NCBI GenBank assembly: GCA_965215505.1 | Contig: OZ244065.1 | Coordinates: forward strand, 2,784,001-2,848,000 | Direction of reading: 5' to 3' | Source of the DNA: Capsulimonadaceae bacterium | GTDB lineage: Bacteria; Armatimonadota; Armatimonadia; Armatimonadales; Capsulimonadaceae | Length of the DNA: 64,000 nucleotides | The notes under the pieces: model-generated | Databases searched by the model: none | Told to the model about the DNA's origin: nothing | The model's input: only the letters and a program-made list of their open reading frames with translations | Program-made: the position numbers and the translations under genes | Shown here: one piece after another, positions 58,042-64,000 of the stretch | Layout of the letters: each line of letters opens with the position of its first letter | Numbering within the stretch: position 1 is the stretch's first letter

Positions 58042-58986
58042 ATGACCATCACCCGAGACACGCCCCCGCCGCCGGGCAAACGCGGCAAGCCGCCCCTCGT
58101 CTCCACCCTGCGGCGCAGGAAGCTGATCGCCTTCGGCTGGTACGGCGGCAAATATTCGCACCTCGACTGGCTCCTGCCGCTCCTGCCCCCCGCCCACCAC
58201 TACTGCGAGCCGTTCGCCGGCTCCGGGGCCGTCCTGCTGAACCGGCCGCCCTCCCCCGTCGAGACCTACAACGACCTGGACGGCGAGGTCGTCAACTTCT
58301 TCCGCGTCCTCCGGGAACAGAAAGACGCCCTGACCGAAGCCATCGGCCTGACGCCCTTCTCGCGCGAGGAGTTCGGCATCGCCTGCCTCCTGGAGCCGGA
58401 CCTCGCGCCCCTGGAACGCGCCCGGCGCTTCTACGTCCGGGCGCGGCAGGTGCGGACCGGCCTGGCCCAGACCGCTTCCTTGGGGCGCTGGGCGAACTGC
58501 AAGGACACCAGCCGGGCGGGCATGAGCGGCGTCGTCAGCCGCTGGCTGGGAGGCGTCGAGGCGCTGCCCGAGATCGCCGAGCGCCTGCTGCGCGTCCAGA
58601 TCGAGAACCGCCCCGCCGTGGACGTCATCCGGCTCTATGACTCCCAAACGAGTTTATTCTATTGCGATCCCCCCTACCTGCACGAGACGCGCGGCGACAC
58701 CAGCGCCTACGGCTTTGAGATGACCGACGAGCAGCACAAAGAACTGGCTGCTACCCTGAACGACGCTTCGGGCAAGGTGGCGATCTCTGGCTACCAGTGC
58801 GATTTGATGGACCACCTCTACCCCGCCCCTAGGTGGACCAAGACGACGAGCGCCGAGCGAACCATCCATTCCACCAAGGACAAGCGCAGCGAGGCGCTGT
58901 GGACGAACTACGACCCGCGCGAGGTCCTGAGCGGCCAGTCGAGTCTGCTCTTCGAGGCCGGCAGCCGGTATCAATTCGAAGCATGA
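58042..58986 (+). CDS. Dam/D12-class adenine methyltransferase of a Type II R-M system
   Basis: WYGGK, EPFAGSG, YND.D and YCDPPY motifs. Confidence 0.93.
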   Translation: MTITRDTPPPPGKRGKPPLVSTLRRRKLIAFGWYGGKYSHLDWLLPLLPPAHHYCEPFAGSGAVLLNRPPSPVETYNDLDGEVVNFFRVLREQKDALTEAIGLTPFSREEFGIACLLEPDLAPLERARRFYVRARQVRTGLAQTASLGRWANCKDTSRAGMSGVVSRWLGGVEALPEIAERLLRVQIENRPAVDVIRLYDSQTSLFYCDPPYLHETRGDTSAYGFEMTDEQHKELAATLNDASGKVAISGYQCDLMDHLYPAPRWTKTTSAERTIHSTKDKRSEALWTNYDPREVLSGQSSLLFEAGSRYQFEA

Positions 58987-60107
58987 GAAACCCACAGGAA
59001 ATCTTGGAAGAGGTGCTGACGACGGCAGCCTCTCAGACGGCACGCTCCGCTATCATCACGAACGAGATCGAACACCGGGTTGATTTCGTGAGCCGCTGCC
59101 TCAGCAACCGGGCCACCATCCGGCTCCTGATGGCCTGCCTCCTTGCCAAAATCCACCGCCCGGACGTTGACCCGCGAAAACCCTACACAGAGGTCGGAGG
59201 AGGCGACTCGTTCTCCGGGCGCAGCTATGATGAGACATACATCACGGCGTTCATCAACACGCACCGCCTGCCCTGCAATCCGACGACAGCCTTTCTGACA
59301 CCCGCGCTCCGCAACATCAACCGCGTCCTGACGACCGACTTGAACCTGGAAGGGCGGCCCCGCGAGGCGTACCAGTACACTCTGCAACTGCTGGATGACG
59401 TCCACGCGGGCCGCGTCCTTGCTGATGACCTGCTGACGGAAGCGCTCCGACTGCTCCTCATGGTCCGGGAGGAGCGGCAGAGCCGGATGACCGGGCTGCT
59501 GGCTGGCCTCCGCCAGTCGGAGGACGTCCTGCCACTTTCGAGCGAGGCGACGGTGGTGCTGATTAGCCAGCATCTCGCCTGCAAGAACGCCAGCCGCCTG
59601 CCTGTCCTTGTCGTCGCGGCGGCTTATCAAGTCGCAGGGGAAAGATTAGGGGAGCGTCCCCTGCCACTCCACGCGCACAATGCGGCGGACGAACAGACCG
59701 GCGCTCTGGGTGATTTAGAGATCACGCTGGCGGGCGACAACACGGTCGTGACCTGCTACGAGATGAAGCTGAAGCGTGTGACCATAGAGGACATCAACCG
59801 CGCCCTGCAAAAGTTCTCAGGCCGCGAGGAGCGCATTGACAACTATATCTTCATCACGACGGACGTAATAGACGACCCCGTCCGTGAGTATGCGGCGAGC
59901 ATCTATGCAGGCAGTGGCGGCATTGAAGTCGTCATCCTGGACTGCATCGGCTTCCTCAGACACTTCCTACACCTGTTCCACCGGCTCCGAACGGCTTTCC
60001 TGAATGCCTACCAAACGCTCGTGCTAGCCGAGCCGGACAGCGCCGTCAGCCAGCCGCTGAAAGAAGCGTTCCTTGCCCTGCGGCAAGCGGCCGAGGCGGA
60101 CAGCTAA
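58983..60107 (+). CDS. Type II restriction endonuclease (SacI-like PD-(D/E)XK)
   Basis: FSGRSYDE, HNAAD..TG.LGD.EI...YEMK; ATGA coupling to the MTase. Confidence 0.75.
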   Translation: MRNPQEILEEVLTTAASQTARSAIITNEIEHRVDFVSRCLSNRATIRLLMACLLAKIHRPDVDPRKPYTEVGGGDSFSGRSYDETYITAFINTHRLPCNPTTAFLTPALRNINRVLTTDLNLEGRPREAYQYTLQLLDDVHAGRVLADDLLTEALRLLLMVREERQSRMTGLLAGLRQSEDVLPLSSEATVVLISQHLACKNASRLPVLVVAAAYQVAGERLGERPLPLHAHNAADEQTGALGDLEITLAGDNTVVTCYEMKLKRVTIEDINRALQKFSGREERIDNYIFITTDVIDDPVREYAASIYAGSGGIEVVILDCIGFLRHFLHLFHRLRTAFLNAYQTLVLAEPDSAVSQPLKEAFLALRQAAEADS

Positions 60108-61156
60108 TCAGCCCCGCGCTCCGCCAGGAAGTCCTGCACCTGCCAGCGGGCGTTCCGCCCGTGCGTCCCCAGATAGTCCAGCATGGCCTCCTCGGCAAGC
60201 TCCGGCTCGGCGAGGTCGGCGGGGGTGAAGTCCTCGCGCACGGCCTCCCAGACGGCCTTGAGGTCGGCGGCGGTGAAGACGCGGTGGGCGTCGCGGACAC
60301 TCGCGGGCTTGACCTTCAGGAAGACCTGGTCGGAGGACTCGAAGCGGCCCTTGACGACGTAGCCCTCGATGCCGTCGCGCGTCGCCAGATGCTCCAGCGA
60401 GCGCAGGCGCTTGTAGACGTCCCCCGCCTCGCTGCCGCCGACCAGCCGGCCTTGGAGTTCCACCAGGTTCAGGCGGTAGTCCTCGGCGATGCGCTCCTTC
60501 TCCAGCCGGTCCACGAACTGGTAGTCCGGGTCAATGACGTCTATCAAGACCATGTCGGGCCGGTCGGCGAGGATGACGGTCTCGATCTCCGGCAGCGTCA
60601 TCTCGAAGCAGGGGACATAGCCCAGATCCGCCAGCTTGTAGGCTTGCGGGTACATCTTGTCGATCAGCCGACGGGCCGACGAGCCGTAGTCAATGCCCAG
60701 GCCGCGCACGTTCTCGATGCCCGCCGACACCAGAGGGTTGCCGCCGTCGAAGACGTCCCGCGTGGCGAACAGGTAGGGCGAGTCGCGCTTGTCGCCGTGC
60801 CGGTACAGGCGGATGTTGACGCCGTCCTCCTTCTTCTCCACGATCACCTCGCCGTCGCGCAGGGCGCGGAACAGGCTGCGCTCCTGGGTGGCTGCGAAGC
60901 GGTCGGTGGTGTAGTCGGAGGCGGGCAGGATGCGCGGGTAGCCGCGCACGATCTGGCGGGTGTCTGTAAAGAAGACTGTTCCTTTGAGCACATACGAGAC
61001 CGGCGCGTGGCTGCCGGACTGGTGGTAGGTGATGGCAGCGCCCTCCTGCGAGAACGACCCGATGCCGACGCCGAAGAAGGCGGCCAGGGCGTCCCGCGTG
61101 AAGGCGGGGACGGTGCGCGCGCAGTCGCGCAGTTTCTCGGCGATGTCCAGGTACAT
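60104..61156 (-). CDS. ATP-dependent RNA ligase family protein
   Basis: VRGYPRI, motif I KEDG, ATR, FE, EGYVVK and KVK. Confidence 0.8.
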   Translation of the reverse strand: MYLDIAEKLRDCARTVPAFTRDALAAFFGVGIGSFSQEGAAITYHQSGSHAPVSYVLKGTVFFTDTRQIVRGYPRILPASDYTTDRFAATQERSLFRALRDGEVIVEKKEDGVNIRLYRHGDKRDSPYLFATRDVFDGGNPLVSAGIENVRGLGIDYGSSARRLIDKMYPQAYKLADLGYVPCFEMTLPEIETVILADRPDMVLIDVIDPDYQFVDRLEKERIAEDYRLNLVELQGRLVGGSEAGDVYKRLRSLEHLATRDGIEGYVVKGRFESSDQVFLKVKPASVRDAHRVFTAADLKAVWEAVREDFTPADLAEPELAEEAMLDYLGTHGRNARWQVQDFLAERGAD

Positions 61157-61179
61157 GGGGGTTCAATCTAGGCAAAGAC

Positions 61180-61788
61180 TTAAAGCGTAGAAAATTGCAA
61201 CAACTTCTCCACGACCTTAAAGACGTGGGTTCCGGGGAACGCCGGCCAGCGCGTTTCTCGCTCCCCTTCTAGCACTTTGGCGCGCGCTATGGCTGCGCGG
61301 ACTCCAGCGAGCGTGTAAGGATCAAGCCTGATGCGAGGTTTATTGTGGCCGCCTGTATGAGGGCGCAATCGCTCAATCACGGCATTACAATCCGTATCCA
61401 CTACGTCAGCCTCTTGGAAATGCAGAAGCAGCCACAGCTCGAAGCAGGGGTTGCTGATGGCGAGACCATAGCCGCTTTCCTGCGCCACTTGAGTCGCTTC
61501 ACTCAGGAACTGCGGGCGTTGCCGGTCCACATCTATGACCAGCCACCGTTCGTCGTCTTTGCCTAGGTCAAACTGCTCCTCGAACTCGACGAGCCTCTCT
61601 ATGACCTGTCGCGGTGCGGAAAGCCCATCTTGTCCGGCAGAGAGAACTTCCACATGGACGCGATCGCTGTCAAAAAGCGAAAAGTAGCGCGCCTCCGTCT
61701 TTTCGCCTTCCACCGCGATGACAAAGATACGCGCGTCACGAACAAAATTAGACCGAGGTACTAGATCTGTGCGCGGCATCCTTCTCAC
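61180..61788 (-). CDS. RloB family (TOPRIM-like) protein
   Basis: EG.KTE..YF, W.VIDVD and SNPCFELWLLLHF motifs. Confidence 0.88.
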   Translation of the reverse strand: MRRMPRTDLVPRSNFVRDARIFVIAVEGEKTEARYFSLFDSDRVHVEVLSAGQDGLSAPRQVIERLVEFEEQFDLGKDDERWLVIDVDRQRPQFLSEATQVAQESGYGLAISNPCFELWLLLHFQEADVVDTDCNAVIERLRPHTGGHNKPRIRLDPYTLAGVRAAIARAKVLEGERETRWPAFPGTHVFKVVEKLLQFSTL

Positions 61789-63200
61789 GAGATGCCCACT
61801 GCTTCCTGATGCTCATTAGTGAAAGCCGTGTCTTCCTTTGACGTCCATCCTAAGCATTCCGGTTGCCCTGAGAAAGGGAGCGCCCCGAAGCGCCCGTTCA
61901 GGTAGCCCTTTTCGATTTTTAAGTCCTCGCGTATCTTGTATTCAGCAAGTGATGAGAGGTGAGAGGCACCGCCTTTATCCTTCTCAACGAACCAGATCTC
62001 ATCTCGCCTTAGTAGGTCCAGATCCAGTAAGTTTGTGTCGTGCGTCGTGAAAATGAGCTGGCTACGTAGGTGTTCATCATCACAATCGAGAGCCGTTTGT
62101 ACAAAGAGACGGGAAAGGAGAGTATGAAAACGGCGATCCAGCTCATCCAGAACGACCACCTTTTCTGGTGCTTCTTTCAGCATCATAAGGGCCGGGAGAA
62201 GATGGATCAGGCGCTGAGTGCCTTCGGACTCTTCATCCATATCGAAGGTGACTAATCGGCCATCAGACGCCCGATGTTGCATCTTCAAATCAACCCGCAC
62301 TGGCTCCCCTTGCACTCCACGCGTCACCAAGAATCGTCTACCCCAAGGGGACTGTACTTCCAGTATGTCTGCCTCTCCAAGTTGGGCGACATGTTCCCGA
62401 AGTTCCTCCCGGTCCGCATCGGTGATGCCAGGCGTGTGAGTATCAAAGTCGAAGGGTTTCTCAACAGTGGTGATGGCATCAATGCCGGTTCCTGCGGATT
62501 GTAGGAAGGCGGCAAACCGCTTTGTCGCTCGCTCGTCCTGATGCATGGCGACTTCCAAGGTGTTGGCCTGAACCTCAGCAGGGATAGTCACCAGAACTTC
62601 CTGAAACCACTGGATGACGGGATGAATCTTCGGCACATTACGATCTGCGGCTTCGTTCAAAAAGAGTTGATTCGGCCGGGTCCCTTGTGCAACAAACTCT
62701 AAGAATTGCCGGTTTTTTGCGCTCCGGCCCGCAAGAGCCGTGCTTACTTCTACCTCGACTTTGCCCTGGTCGTTGGTGGCACGCTCGAAGTATGTAACCT
62801 CATGGCTTTTGGGAGTTGCATATAACCATTCTTCCAAAATTTGCTTGGCATCCGCCCGGAACCCGTACTGGTACAGCACACCCTGAGTCTTGAAAATGAT
62901 TTCGAATTTGCTGGGCCGGCCTTTGTCCTTAGCCAGTTTAAATGGGAGGACTGGGATCGTCTGGCCGCTCCGCGTTCCGCGCCTGATCAGGTCCTGCATG
63001 AACCGCAACGCCTGGATCAGATTGGATTTTCCCGCGGCGTTGGCACCGTAAATTGCTGCCCCTCGGAGCAGAGTGTCGCCTTTACGCGGCACATCCGGCA
63101 CGAGATGCTTTGGGTGCTGACCTCCGCTAGTCGCAACCATACTGAAGATGCTTTCTTTATCGAACGAGAGAAAGTTTTCGACGGAGAACTGTACCAGCAT
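61785..63200 (-). CDS. AAA_21 ABC-type ATPase (RloA/AbiLi-like)
   Basis: NFLSF, GANAAGKSN, ESEGT, LDELD..FH, QLIFTTH, RRDEIWFVEK and YL.GRFGA.P motifs. Confidence 0.92.
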   Translation of the reverse strand: MLVQFSVENFLSFDKESIFSMVATSGGQHPKHLVPDVPRKGDTLLRGAAIYGANAAGKSNLIQALRFMQDLIRRGTRSGQTIPVLPFKLAKDKGRPSKFEIIFKTQGVLYQYGFRADAKQILEEWLYATPKSHEVTYFERATNDQGKVEVEVSTALAGRSAKNRQFLEFVAQGTRPNQLFLNEAADRNVPKIHPVIQWFQEVLVTIPAEVQANTLEVAMHQDERATKRFAAFLQSAGTGIDAITTVEKPFDFDTHTPGITDADREELREHVAQLGEADILEVQSPWGRRFLVTRGVQGEPVRVDLKMQHRASDGRLVTFDMDEESEGTQRLIHLLPALMMLKEAPEKVVVLDELDRRFHTLLSRLFVQTALDCDDEHLRSQLIFTTHDTNLLDLDLLRRDEIWFVEKDKGGASHLSSLAEYKIREDLKIEKGYLNGRFGALPFSGQPECLGWTSKEDTAFTNEHQEAVGIS

Positions 63201-63271
63201 CAGTAGCCTGCTTTCATGGAAGCTGCTATTGGCGCTTCCTAAGTTACTATACCCTGTTTTGCTTCAATATC

Positions 63272-64000
63272 TCAGTATTTGAGATTTTTTCTCAGTTTTT
63301 CTGTTTTTGGTAGTCTCTGTGCGTCGCGCACATAGAAGTACAGCAGCGCCCCGTGCCGGGGGGCGTCCGGGAAGTCCGGCGTGAAGACTAGCCTTTGCTG
63401 GGCGATGGGCGGCAGCAGGACGTAGTCGCCATCAGGCCGTAAATAAGTTAATTGTGCCACGTCGCCGCCGTCGCTGTTGATCGCGCCCCACGCGCCGTGG
63501 GCTAGCCAGAAGCGCTGCTCGTCGGAGACGGTCCAGCCGCCGGTGGGCGGGCCGTGGCCGTGCGAAGCCATGACCGCGCCGCCTTCCGTCCCGGTCTGCT
63601 TGACGAACAGCAGGTAGAAGTGGTGCTGGTCTTTGGACCAGCCCATGGAGGCCCGCGAGGTCTGTATCCAGTCCACGTTGGGGATATACCCCGCTTCGCC
63701 GGGCGCACACGGGACCGGCTGTGGCGGCGGGGGCGCGTTGGCCGTCGGGAACGGGTGAAGGCGGAGCGGCAGGCCGTTTCGGATGAGGCACTGCGCGCCG
63801 CCCGAGGCGTAGGTGAAGTTTCGGGCGAGCGCCTTCTTATCCGGCATCAGCAGTATCTTGAAGGCCGGTTTCCCGTCGGCGTCGTACCGGACGCCGAAGG
63901 TCCAGCGGGCCTGACCGACGTTCGCGTGGACGTGGCAGTTCAGGACGACCGGCGTGACGTGGTGGCCGACATAGAGCGCGGGCGGCATGGCCCCTTTGGG
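63272..64000 (-). CDS. Hypothetical protein (partial; weak phosphodiester-glycosidase-like C-terminus)
   Basis: Frame open to the window end; SRASMGW and AINSDGG segments. Confidence 0.55.
   Translation of the reverse strand, partial: PKGAMPPALYVGHHVTPVVLNCHVHANVGQARWTFGVRYDADGKPAFKILLMPDKKALARNFTYASGGAQCLIRNGLPLRLHPFPTANAPPPPQPVPCAPGEAGYIPNVDWIQTSRASMGWSKDQHHFYLLFVKQTGTEGGAVMASHGHGPPTGGWTVSDEQRFWLAHGAWGAINSDGGDVAQLTYLRPDGDYVLLPPIAQQRLVFTPDFPDAPRHGALLYFYVRDAQRLPKTEKLRKNLKY

Noticed and set aside
56355-58151. 598-aa ORF
   Set aside because: The N-terminal half is antisense to the acidic gene; the real start is MKLAVITDE at 57215

Overview
High-GC bacterial chromosome segment. The VPEAST-type PEP-CTERM protein and the Terrabacteria-style dcw cluster with DUF881 and sbp suggest Armatimonadota or a relative (inference). 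The backbone is housekeeping: a PHP phosphatase, prs, a split histidine cluster (hisD-HAD, hisB, hisH), maeB, a near-complete dcw operon (mraZ to ftsZ, no murB), rsmI and a PPIase. Accessory material is inserted into this backbone. (1) An IS200/IS605 tnpA element broken by four separate micro-insertions or duplications. (2) A PEP-CTERM/DUF4331/TPR/TPR envelope cluster. (3) An ECF sigma factor fused to a degenerate kinase-like domain. (4) Three tandem paralogous small membrane coiled-coil proteins. (5) An orphan adenine methyltransferase. (6) An amber-interrupted HEPN gene plus a partner gene between ftsA and ftsZ. (7) A lower-GC four-gene chaperone island: GrpE, Hsp70, a Zn-ribbon/TPR membrane protein, and a membrane-anchored J/TPR protein whose HPD is replaced by RPE. 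This is the best candidate for an uncharacterised system. (8) A defence cluster: Type II R-M, an RNA ligase and an RloA/RloB (AbiL-like) pair. Several REP-like palindrome families occur between genes and invade the 3' ends of hisD, murD, mraY and the DUF4139 gene. All family assignments come from motif recognition by eye; no database searches were run.
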